Positions 26,271 to 34,555 of a stretch of DNA of 64,000 nt are shown here, piece after piece. The notes beneath the pieces are model-generated. The model searched no databases, had not been told where the DNA came from, and saw nothing but the letters and a program-made list of their open reading frames with translations. Source of the stretch: an uncultured Methanosarcinales archaeon (GTDB lineage Archaea > Nanobdellota > Nanobdellia > Woesearchaeales > CAZOXR01); NCBI GenBank assembly GCA_964566535.1, contig CAZMIO010000003.1, positions 89,153 through 153,152 of the forward strand, in the 5' to 3' direction. Every line of letters starts with the position of its first letter. The first letter of the stretch is position 1. A program made the position numbers and the translations under genes.

Positions 26271-27122
26271 TCAAAGCAGCTCAACAATTCCAGAAGGCAA
26301 CTTAGCAACCTTAACACCAGCTTCCTCAAAAGCTTTAATCTTAGATTCAGCAGTTCCAGAATCACCAGAAATAATAGCACCTGCATGACCCATCCTCTTT
26401 CCTTTAGGCGCAGTAATTCCAGCAATGTAAGCTACAACCTTCTTAGTAACGTTCTTCTTAATAAACTCAGCAGCTTTTTCTTCCTGGTCTCCACCAATCT
26501 CACCAAGTAAAACAATCTTCTCAGTATCCTTATCCTTTTCAAACAACTTCAAAACATCAATAAAGTTAGTTCCAATTATAGCATCCCCACCAATTCCAAT
26601 ACAAGTACTTTGTCCTATACCTTTACGCGTTAACTCATTAATAACTTCATAAGTAAGTGTACCAGACCGAGAAACAACACCAACATTACCTTCTAAAAAG
26701 ATATGATTTGGCATTATCCCAATCTTAGACTGCCCAGGAGATATCATCCCAGGACAATTAGGACCAACAACAATCTTACCTTTATCCCGAGCAACATCCA
26801 TAACCTTAATCACATCATGAATTGGAGTATCTTCTGTAATAAAGACAACATTCAAACCATTTGAAAGTGCATCAATTGCAGCATCTTTAGCAAACTTTGC
26901 AGGAACAAACAAAACTGAAAAATCTGCCGAATGTTCAGCAACAGCCTCCGCCATTGAATTATAAACAGGAACTCCATGAACTTCCTGACCACCTTTCCCA
27001 GGAGTCACTCCAGCAACTACTTGAGTCCCGTAATCAATCATCCTCCGAGTATGAAAACTACCTTGCGTTCCAGTTATACCTTGAACAATTACTTTAGTAT
27101 TTTTATCAATCAATATGCTCAT
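26271..27122 (-). CDS. sucD: succinyl-CoA synthetase alpha subunit
   Basis: VIVQGITGTQGSFH, the phosphohistidine loop and the CoA-binding fold place it as SucD. It is 283 aa. Confidence 0.9.
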   Translation of the reverse strand: MSILIDKNTKVIVQGITGTQGSFHTRRMIDYGTQVVAGVTPGKGGQEVHGVPVYNSMAEAVAEHSADFSVLFVPAKFAKDAAIDALSNGLNVVFITEDTPIHDVIKVMDVARDKGKIVVGPNCPGMISPGQSKIGIMPNHIFLEGNVGVVSRSGTLTYEVINELTRKGIGQSTCIGIGGDAIIGTNFIDVLKLFEKDKDTEKIVLLGEIGGDQEEKAAEFIKKNVTKKVVAYIAGITAPKGKRMGHAGAIISGDSGTAESKIKAFEEAGVKVAKLPSGIVELL

Positions 27123-28223
27123 TTATTTCACCAACGAAACTATCTTCTCTGCACATTCTCCCATCGTAGCTAATGTATCTATCTTATTCTCAGTAAGTAT
27201 CTTCTGACCTTCAGCCTCATTAGTACCAATTAACCTTACAACCATAGGAATCTTAATCTCATTCTTAGATATATAATCAACTAAACCTTGAGCAATATTA
27301 TCACACCTTGTAATCCCGCCAAAAATATTAATAAATATCCCTTTTGGATCCTTCTTCATACAAATTTCCAAACTCTTCTCCATCTTCTCTACAGATGCTC
27401 CACCACCAACATCTAAAAAGTTAGCAGGCTTTCCACCATAATGACCGATTGCATCAAGTGTTGCCATAACCAACCCAGCGCCATTCCCAATTATCGCAAT
27501 ATTTCCATCAAGCTCAACATATGCAACTCCAGCTTTATTAGCTTCCTTCTCTATAGGGGTCAATTCACTCTCTTTCTGAGAAGTAAACTCAGGGTGCCTA
27601 AATAAAGCATTATCATCAATTATAACTTTAGAATCTGCAGCAACTAAACCTTTAGGAGTTATCGCAAGAGGATTAATCTCAACTAGTTCAGCATCACTCT
27701 CAACCATACTCTTAGCTAATTTCTCAACAATCTCAACCAATTCAGTAGCATGTTCAAAACCTTTCAACTTCTCCATCAAACTTCCAGGAGAAAACTCACT
27801 CATTGGCATCTTAATTACTTTGGAAGGAGAGGTCTTTGCAAGCTCCTCAATATCAACTCCTCCTTCAAGAGATACTATCAGTGTCAAGCCCTTCTCAACT
27901 CTGTTAACCACAATAGAAACATAAAGCTCTCCAAGAAAATCTAACTTTTCACATACTAAAATCTGATCAACCTTTTCTCCTTTCAGATCCATACCAAGAA
28001 TTGACTTAGCAACATCCTCAATATCCTCTTTAGTTGCAAACTTAACCCCGCCAGATTTACCTCTACCACCGACCAAAACCTGAGCCTTAATCACATACTC
28101 AGAACTATCTAACTCACTCAACTTACCTTGGATCTCATCAACAGAATTAACTGGAAAACCTTCCTGGATCCTAATTCCGTTCTTCTTGAAAATCGCCTTA
28201 CCTTGATATTCTTTCAGTTTCAT
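27123..28223 (-). CDS. sucC: succinyl-CoA synthetase beta subunit (ATP-grasp)
   Basis: MKLKEYQGKAIFKKNGI is the ATP-grasp N-terminus typical of SucC. It lies immediately upstream of sucD. Confidence 0.85.
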   Translation of the reverse strand: MKLKEYQGKAIFKKNGIRIQEGFPVNSVDEIQGKLSELDSSEYVIKAQVLVGGRGKSGGVKFATKEDIEDVAKSILGMDLKGEKVDQILVCEKLDFLGELYVSIVVNRVEKGLTLIVSLEGGVDIEELAKTSPSKVIKMPMSEFSPGSLMEKLKGFEHATELVEIVEKLAKSMVESDAELVEINPLAITPKGLVAADSKVIIDDNALFRHPEFTSQKESELTPIEKEANKAGVAYVELDGNIAIIGNGAGLVMATLDAIGHYGGKPANFLDVGGGASVEKMEKSLEICMKKDPKGIFINIFGGITRCDNIAQGLVDYISKNEIKIPMVVRLIGTNEAEGQKILTENKIDTLATMGECAEKIVSLVK

Positions 28224-29227
28224 AAAGCATCCCTAAAACTAAACCCATATTTTATTGCCTGTACATTCTTATCCACAAACTTAGGCGGAAGAACATCTTC
28301 AATATTTATAAGCATTATGTTTATCCCCAAATACTTCAGTATTTTCCCCAAAGCAATCATATTAACAAAAACCTTATTCCCGAACTTAGAAACCGCATCT
28401 TCCTTAAATCCAAACTGATCCCTATTTTTACATTGAACAGCACAATCAATACATTTTTTACCACAGATTGTATCGTCAATTATCAATTCCTTAGCTGGAA
28501 ACCACTGTCTTGTCCTTGCAAACTTCAACAACAAATCAGCTTCATCAATTATCGGATTCTCAATCTTATTCTCAGAAAATATCAAATCAGCAGAAATATT
28601 ACCGCTCCTAACTGCAGAGTCATACTCCATATTCAAAGAAACCTCATTACCAAGCTGAGATAATATATGTGCAAGCGAAAATGACAACAGCTTTATCCCC
28701 TGACCAGCTTCTCCAACAATCTTAATCCTCCTTTCTTTCTCCGCATTCTCATAATCTCCAATGTGTTTGATCAGCTTCTGTATCTCTATTCCAAACATAC
28801 TCTTCTTTAGTAAAACACCTTTCTCAAAACCAAACTTAGATATATTCTCAATAAACTTATTCTTTGAGTAAGCATACATTACAATCTTATAACAACCAGT
28901 CTCAATCAACTTCTTCTCCAAATGCTCCATAAGCTTCCTAATGTAACCTTTACCTCTATGTTCCTTACTATTATATACCCAGTAAATTGTAAAAACATTA
29001 AACAGCAACCATCCAAATAAGAACGCAACGACTTCCCCATTCTCTTCAACAACATAAAATGCCGCCTGTTTATCCTTCATTAACTCAGCAAGACCATCAC
29101 CAGTAAAATTAGCTTTCAAAGCCTTACGAATCTTATCAGGCTCTTTATCGTAAGTCTCATCAATAACATTCTCCATCAGCTTACCGACAGCTTCAGCATC
29201 CTTCTTCTCAATCTTCCTAATTTCCAT
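28220..29227 (-). CDS. GNAT acetyltransferase fused to a 2-oxoacid:ferredoxin oxidoreductase gamma subunit
   Basis: The N-terminal about 150 aa have a GNAT fold (FLFGW...HRGKGYIRKLMEH). The C-terminal about 180 aa (KIVGEAGQGIKLLSFSLAHILSQLG...) match the Por/Kor gamma subunit. Confidence 0.6.
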   Translation of the reverse strand: MEIRKIEKKDAEAVGKLMENVIDETYDKEPDKIRKALKANFTGDGLAELMKDKQAAFYVVEENGEVVAFLFGWLLFNVFTIYWVYNSKEHRGKGYIRKLMEHLEKKLIETGCYKIVMYAYSKNKFIENISKFGFEKGVLLKKSMFGIEIQKLIKHIGDYENAEKERRIKIVGEAGQGIKLLSFSLAHILSQLGNEVSLNMEYDSAVRSGNISADLIFSENKIENPIIDEADLLLKFARTRQWFPAKELIIDDTICGKKCIDCAVQCKNRDQFGFKEDAVSKFGNKVFVNMIALGKILKYLGINIMLINIEDVLPPKFVDKNVQAIKYGFSFRDAL

Positions 29228-29957
29228 TTTTCACAATACCTAACTCACCATCCTTTAACAACCCAGTTGGATTTAGATTAATCTTATAATCATCCTTAAC
29301 CTTTTCCAACATTTCATAACCATTCTTAAATCCTAATCTTCTTCCATTATTCTCAATACAATTAGAAATAACATCAATAAAAGCAAAACCATCCCATTCA
29401 ATCGCTTCCTTCATACATTTCTTAAGATGCTCTATCTGATAAACTGAACATCGAGCATAAAAGTGATTCTTATTAGAAGTTATTATCCCTTGGATATTCA
29501 AAGGACTAAATGTATTACCTAACGGACTAGTCAACGTCTTAATCCCCTCAGGTGTAGTCGGAGCCATCTGCCCCCCAGTCATACCATAAATCTCATTATT
29601 AATACAAATAACTGTAATATTCACATCTCTCCTAGAAGTATGTAGTAAATGATTCCCACCAATTCCAGTCAAATCTCCATCACCACTAAAAACAACAACA
29701 TTTAATTTCTCATTCCCCCCCTTAATTCCTTCAGCAAACGAAAGTGCCCTTCCATGAGTTCCATGTACACTATCTATATTGTAATATCCTGCAGCCCTTC
29801 CGCTGCACCCAATACCTGAAACAATAGCCAACTCCTCTTTCTTAAGCCCCATAGACTCAAAAGTAAAAGCTAACTGCTTAAACACAGTCCCAATCGAACA
29901 TCCAGGACACCATGTTGTAGGCATTCTATCCCATTTGATATAATCTTTATAGTTCAT
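29217..29957 (-). CDS. 2-oxoacid:ferredoxin oxidoreductase beta subunit (TPP-binding)
   Basis: WCPGCSIGT, GIGCSGRA and the TPP motif FSGDGD match the Por/Kor beta subunit. Confidence 0.8.
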   Translation of the reverse strand: MNYKDYIKWDRMPTTWCPGCSIGTVFKQLAFTFESMGLKKEELAIVSGIGCSGRAAGYYNIDSVHGTHGRALSFAEGIKGGNEKLNVVVFSGDGDLTGIGGNHLLHTSRRDVNITVICINNEIYGMTGGQMAPTTPEGIKTLTSPLGNTFSPLNIQGIITSNKNHFYARCSVYQIEHLKKCMKEAIEWDGFAFIDVISNCIENNGRRLGFKNGYEMLEKVKDDYKINLNPTGLLKDGELGIVKNGN

Positions 29958-30964
29958 TTTAATTTCTCTTTGATATCTTTAAGCTTAATCTCTCCACCTA
30001 ATACTGCAATACCTTCAACCTCTCTCTTCAACACCTTCTCAACCTCCCCTTTGTACTGACCATCGTTCATCTCAATTACCACAATCCGTTTATACTTCTC
30101 ACATACTTTCTTAAGTTCAGAATCAAGCATAGGAAATATCCTAATAGGCCTAAAGATAGAATATTCTTTCTTAAGCGGCAAGATTACTCTAGACGCAATA
30201 CCAAAAGAAATCAGCAAAGTATCAGAATCCTTATTCTCAAGGTACTCATAAAAATTATACTTCTTAGCAACGTCATTAATCCTCTTCTTATAGTCAGCAT
30301 ACCACTTTCTGTAATAAACAGGATCCTTGGTATGGGGGATTCCGTCCTTAGATAACAAACCAGTAAAATGCCTAGTACCCGAACCAAGCGGTTTCATCTC
30401 CCTAGGCTTAACCTTAATATCAACACCCTCAACATCAACAGTCTCAGACAAATGTCCTAAAAAACCATCTAATAATAAAATCACAGGACTTCTTGATTCT
30501 TCAGCAGCATTAAAAGCCTCAATTGAATACTTATAGCACTCTTCAACAGAGTTCGGATAAAAAACAATTGGATTGTAATCTCCATGACTTCCATACTTAG
30601 TCTGTAAAATATCTCCCTGTGAAGGCAGCGTAGGCATACCGGTACTCGGGCCAACTCTTTGTACATTTACTACTACCAGCGGAACTTCCATCATATGTGC
30701 TAACCCAATTGACTCTTGCTTAAGTGAAATCCCAGGACCAGATGAACTAGTCATAGACTTCCTACCAGCCAAACTTGCACCAATTACAATATTAATCGCA
30801 GCAATCTCATCCTCTGCATGTACAAATCCAATCTCTTCACTTTTCTTCGCAAGAATATGCATAATCTCAGAAGCAGGAGTAATGGGATAAGCTGCAAAAA
30901 AACTCATACCTGCCTTCATTGCTCCAATCGCAACAGCCTCATTACCCATCATTAACTTCTTCAT
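29954..30964 (-). CDS. 2-oxoacid:ferredoxin oxidoreductase alpha subunit
   Basis: MMGNEAVAIGAMKAG..AAYPITPASEI is the typical N-terminus of the Por/Kor alpha subunit. Confidence 0.8.
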   Translation of the reverse strand: MKKLMMGNEAVAIGAMKAGMSFFAAYPITPASEIMHILAKKSEEIGFVHAEDEIAAINIVIGASLAGRKSMTSSSGPGISLKQESIGLAHMMEVPLVVVNVQRVGPSTGMPTLPSQGDILQTKYGSHGDYNPIVFYPNSVEECYKYSIEAFNAAEESRSPVILLLDGFLGHLSETVDVEGVDIKVKPREMKPLGSGTRHFTGLLSKDGIPHTKDPVYYRKWYADYKKRINDVAKKYNFYEYLENKDSDTLLISFGIASRVILPLKKEYSIFRPIRIFPMLDSELKKVCEKYKRIVVIEMNDGQYKGEVEKVLKREVEGIAVLGGEIKLKDIKEKLK

Positions 30965-31173
30965 TTTTTTGGCGCAACCTCAATCGAAAAGTCAGGGCAA
31001 TACTTCATGCAAAGCTGACATTGAATACATTTATTTAAAGAAATCATCTCATCTTCCTTAAACTCAAGATTCTTAACAGGGCAGATATTAATACAGATAA
31101 AGCAGTGCTTACAATAATCTCCGCACCATGTCAATACATTATCCAGTTTCTTCCTTTCTTTCTCTTCAACCAT
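30961..31173 (-). CDS. 2-oxoacid:ferredoxin oxidoreductase delta subunit (2x[4Fe-4S] ferredoxin)
   Basis: It has two CxxCxxCxxxCP motifs (CKHCFICINICP and CIQCQLCMKYCP). Confidence 0.7.
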   Translation of the reverse strand: MVEEKERKKLDNVLTWCGDYCKHCFICINICPVKNLEFKEDEMISLNKCIQCQLCMKYCPDFSIEVAPKK

Positions 31174-31317
31174 TAAAAAGAAGGTGCATCATCTATATAT
31201 AAATTTAATGTTTGGATAATTACAAAATCCCACCAAAACAACCATAACCTTTTTAAACTAACTAACAATCCAACACACCATAAACACTTATACTATATAC
31301 TACTAAATACATACAAA

Positions 31318-32199
31318 ATGGACATTAGGAACATACAAAAAACAGGCAACATGCACTATGTTTACCTGCCAACAAGTTGGTGTAAAAAATACAATATCAG
31401 TTCAGATTCTAAAGTAGGCTTAACCACAAATAGTGATGGTTCAATCTCAATCTCACAGCAAACTAAAGAAGTAGAAGGCAAAATATTAAACCTAACTCTA
31501 TCAGAAGCAACATCTGATATCTTAATAAAACTGATCATGGCATGCTACATCAACCCAATAAAATCATTCAAAATCAAATTCGAAAAAAAAGTAGACCTAG
31601 CAAAAATCTTAGGACAAAAGAAATCAATCAGCGCATTAGAATTCGTTGAGCTCGACGGAAACCACATAACTCATGAATCATCAATATTTGTTAAGGACAC
31701 TCATTCTCTGTTAAAAACAATGGTAAAAAAGATTAAAAACCTAATTGGCGTAATGATCAACCATTATGACAGAGAAATCATCGAAAAATATGAAGAAGAA
31801 ATTGACAGAAGTAAACTGTTCATTACAAAATCAGTTACTGGCTCGTTAGTCTTAAACGAACCAACAAAACTAAAGACCATTGAACTACATTACATAGCTT
31901 TACTAACTTACGACCTTGAAAGGATGGTAGACTCTCTTATACTTGTAGACCCAAAAGAAAAAGATTTACTAAAAAAGACATTATCAGTAATCGATACAAT
32001 CTCAAATATTCTTGAAGAGCTAGACCAACTTACATTCACTAAAGTAATAGCATTAGAAAAGAAAATCTCATTGATTAAAACCCCAGTCGTCGAGAATTTA
32101 AAAACTTACGGTCAAAGAAGGATAAAAAGACACTTCTCAAACATCTCTGTAGTGCTGTTTGACTGGGCAATTACAAAGGAGGTAGAGAAAACTAAATAG
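31318..32199 (+). CDS. AbrB/SpoVT-type DNA-binding domain fused to a PhoU-like domain (putative phosphate-uptake regulator)
   Basis: The N-terminal swapped-hairpin motif (KTGNMHYVYLPTSWCKKYNI) is followed by a helical domain of about 200 aa. The architecture is known from archaeal PhoU-domain proteins. Confidence 0.45.
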   Translation: MDIRNIQKTGNMHYVYLPTSWCKKYNISSDSKVGLTTNSDGSISISQQTKEVEGKILNLTLSEATSDILIKLIMACYINPIKSFKIKFEKKVDLAKILGQKKSISALEFVELDGNHITHESSIFVKDTHSLLKTMVKKIKNLIGVMINHYDREIIEKYEEEIDRSKLFITKSVTGSLVLNEPTKLKTIELHYIALLTYDLERMVDSLILVDPKEKDLLKKTLSVIDTISNILEELDQLTFTKVIALEKKISLIKTPVVENLKTYGQRRIKRHFSNISVVLFDWAITKEVEKTK

Positions 32200-32224
32200 T
32201 ATACATAAAGTATAGACTATAACG

Positions 32225-32261
32225 TTTTAAATACATAAATTTCTTATTTGATAGGGGGGAG
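32225..32261 (+). promoter_or_regulatory. candidate promoter and ribosome-binding region of the ATP synthase operon
   Basis: A TATA-like ttttaaatac box lies about 40 nt upstream of the atpH ATG. A purine-rich GGGGGGAG Shine-Dalgarno-like run sits 6-13 nt upstream. Confidence 0.3.
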
Positions 32262-32266
32262 TAAAA

Positions 32267-32575
32267 ATGTTTGAAATACTAAAAGACCTAAAAAAAGCAG
32301 AAGAAGAATCAAAGGATATACTAATTGATGCAAAAGAAAAAGCAGATCTTTCTATAAAGAACGCTAAAGAAAAAGGAAAAGAAAACCTAGCGAAGCTTGC
32401 TGAAAAGTTCAACAAGCAAAAAGAAGAACAATTAGAAACCACAAAAACAGAACTAGAAACAGAAACAAACGACATCGAAGACAAAGGAAAAAAAGACATT
32501 GCAGAGTTAAAAAAGAACTCTACATCAAATAAAACAACAGCAATAGACGAAACAAAAAAAGCAATACTAAAATAA
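32267..32575 (+). CDS. atpH: A-type ATP synthase subunit H
   Basis: It is a small, highly charged helical protein (102 aa) at the head of an atpHIKECFABD-ordered operon. Confidence 0.55.
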   Translation: MFEILKDLKKAEEESKDILIDAKEKADLSIKNAKEKGKENLAKLAEKFNKQKEEQLETTKTELETETNDIEDKGKKDIAELKKNSTSNKTTAIDETKKAILK

Positions 32576-32578
32576 AAA

Positions 32579-34555
32579 ATGTTCAGATCGCACGATATGA
32601 AGAAGGTAGTGATTTTTGCTCTTAATAATCACAGAGACACTATCCTTTCAAAGATACAAAAACTAGGTTTAATGCAGCCTGTTGACCTCAAAAAAAGCGA
32701 AGTCAAAGAGCTAAACAAACCATTAGATAATTCTAACTTAAGGAAAATATCAGATTCCCTCCTAAGAATCTCAAGGTTAGTTAACATATTAAAAATTCCC
32801 CCTAAGAAACCCTCATTTGTCCAATCAATTCTTGGACTAGACTTATTAGATAAAAAACCAGTCCAGCATCAAAATTACACTAAAGTACTACAAGAATCGG
32901 AATCATTTCTAAATAAACACGAAAAAGAATTAATCAATCTAGAAGACGACCACTCAAAACTCCTGGAAAGAGAAGAAGAACTTGGTGGGTTTCATGTAAT
33001 TGTAGAACTATTTGGTCAGCACAACATCCCCTTAGAACTCCTAGCATCAACTGAAAAGATCTCAATCGTAACTGGACGTGTCTCAAATGAACACAAGCAA
33101 AAACTAGAGCAGGAATTAAACGAAAAATTAAACTCAGAAGTCCATATCATCACAAAAGAACAAGATAAGAAAGAATCAATCATAACTGTAGTCTCATTAA
33201 AAGAAAAACTTCCAGACTTAAACTTCTTAATGAAGAAATATAACGTTTCACAATTCACGATTCCAGAATGGGGAATAAAAAAGGACCCTAAGAACTATGT
33301 TGAAACAGAACTCAAGAGTGTTGAGCTAAAAAAGGAAGAGATTATGGGCAAAATAAGCAAATATGCCTCTAACACATTTGAAGGAGCAGTAATCCTAAGA
33401 GAAGAACTAGAAATTCTAAAACACCGTTACGAGACAATACATTCTATGCTCGACTCAGAAAAATTCTTCGTACTTCAAGGATGGATTCTAGCAAACAAAC
33501 TAAAACATTTCGAAACTGAACTAAAGACATCAGTAAACGAAAGTATAATAATCAAAGTAGAAGACCCCAAGAAAGATGACAATCCACCAGTAGAATTATC
33601 AAATAAAAAACACTTCAAGCCATTTGAGATGCTAACTGAACTTTATGCACTACCTAAATATAAAGACCTAGACCCCACTTTCATCGTAGGTCCATTATTC
33701 CTTATTTTCGCAGCATTCATGTTAACAGATGCAGTTTACGGATTTTTCTTAGTTATACTAGGGATATTAATCTTAAAGAAATTCGCAAAATACTCAGAAA
33801 GTATGAAACAAATTGCAGTTATCATCTTAGGCATGGGGCTACTCACTGTAATGTTTGGTATTTTAACGGGTTCCTATTTTGGTGACTTCCCAAAGTACAT
33901 CTGGGGAATGGAACCTAAAGATTTAGCAATATGGAAAGACCCGCTAGAAGATCCATTATATTTCCTAATCATCGCAATTGGAACAGCAGTCATTTACTTA
34001 AACATCGGATTCATCCTAGGAGTTATTGAAGACTTCAGGAAACGAGACTTCAAAACAATGTTTAAGGAAAGATTAGTCTGGTTTATGCTCCAGGCAGGGA
34101 TAGCATTACTAATATTGAAGGCAAATCCAATTTTATTCTCACTCCTTGGCAAAGATATTGGTTTAGCAACATTAATCATCACAATTTCAGTACTATCTAT
34201 AGTGATAACATCAGGACCATTAGGTTTACTATCTATAACAGGACTCATGGGGGACATGATTTCATTTTCACGTCTTTTCGCACTATCATTATCTACAGCA
34301 GGAATTGCCCTAGCAGTCAACTTGCTGGCAAATCTTGTTAAAGACACACCATTTGTGGGAATAATCTTGGCAGCAATCATATTCTTAATTGGACATGCAT
34401 TTGGGTTTGTAATGAATTCAATAGGTAGTTTTGTACATTCACTAAGGTTACAATTCGTAGAATTCTTCGGAAGATTCTATGAAGGTGGTGGAGATAAATT
34501 CACCCCACTAAAGGAAGACCGTTATTATACAGAGGTTAAAGAAGATGACAATTGA
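32579..34555 (+). CDS. atpI: A-type ATP synthase subunit I (stator a-subunit)
   Basis: It is 658 aa, with a soluble N-terminal half and a C-terminal polytopic membrane domain containing the conserved Arg-bearing helix (..SFSRLFALSLS..). Confidence 0.85.
   Translation: MFRSHDMKKVVIFALNNHRDTILSKIQKLGLMQPVDLKKSEVKELNKPLDNSNLRKISDSLLRISRLVNILKIPPKKPSFVQSILGLDLLDKKPVQHQNYTKVLQESESFLNKHEKELINLEDDHSKLLEREEELGGFHVIVELFGQHNIPLELLASTEKISIVTGRVSNEHKQKLEQELNEKLNSEVHIITKEQDKKESIITVVSLKEKLPDLNFLMKKYNVSQFTIPEWGIKKDPKNYVETELKSVELKKEEIMGKISKYASNTFEGAVILREELEILKHRYETIHSMLDSEKFFVLQGWILANKLKHFETELKTSVNESIIIKVEDPKKDDNPPVELSNKKHFKPFEMLTELYALPKYKDLDPTFIVGPLFLIFAAFMLTDAVYGFFLVILGILILKKFAKYSESMKQIAVIILGMGLLTVMFGILTGSYFGDFPKYIWGMEPKDLAIWKDPLEDPLYFLIIAIGTAVIYLNIGFILGVIEDFRKRDFKTMFKERLVWFMLQAGIALLILKANPILFSLLGKDIGLATLIITISVLSIVITSGPLGLLSITGLMGDMISFSRLFALSLSTAGIALAVNLLANLVKDTPFVGIILAAIIFLIGHAFGFVMNSIGSFVHSLRLQFVEFFGRFYEGGGDKFTPLKEDRYYTEVKEDDN

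Noticed and set aside
26111-26425. A 104-aa minus-strand ORF spanning the 3' end of the 25635-26258 gene and the sucD 3' end.
   Set aside because: It overlaps two better-supported genes and is best explained as a chance ORF.
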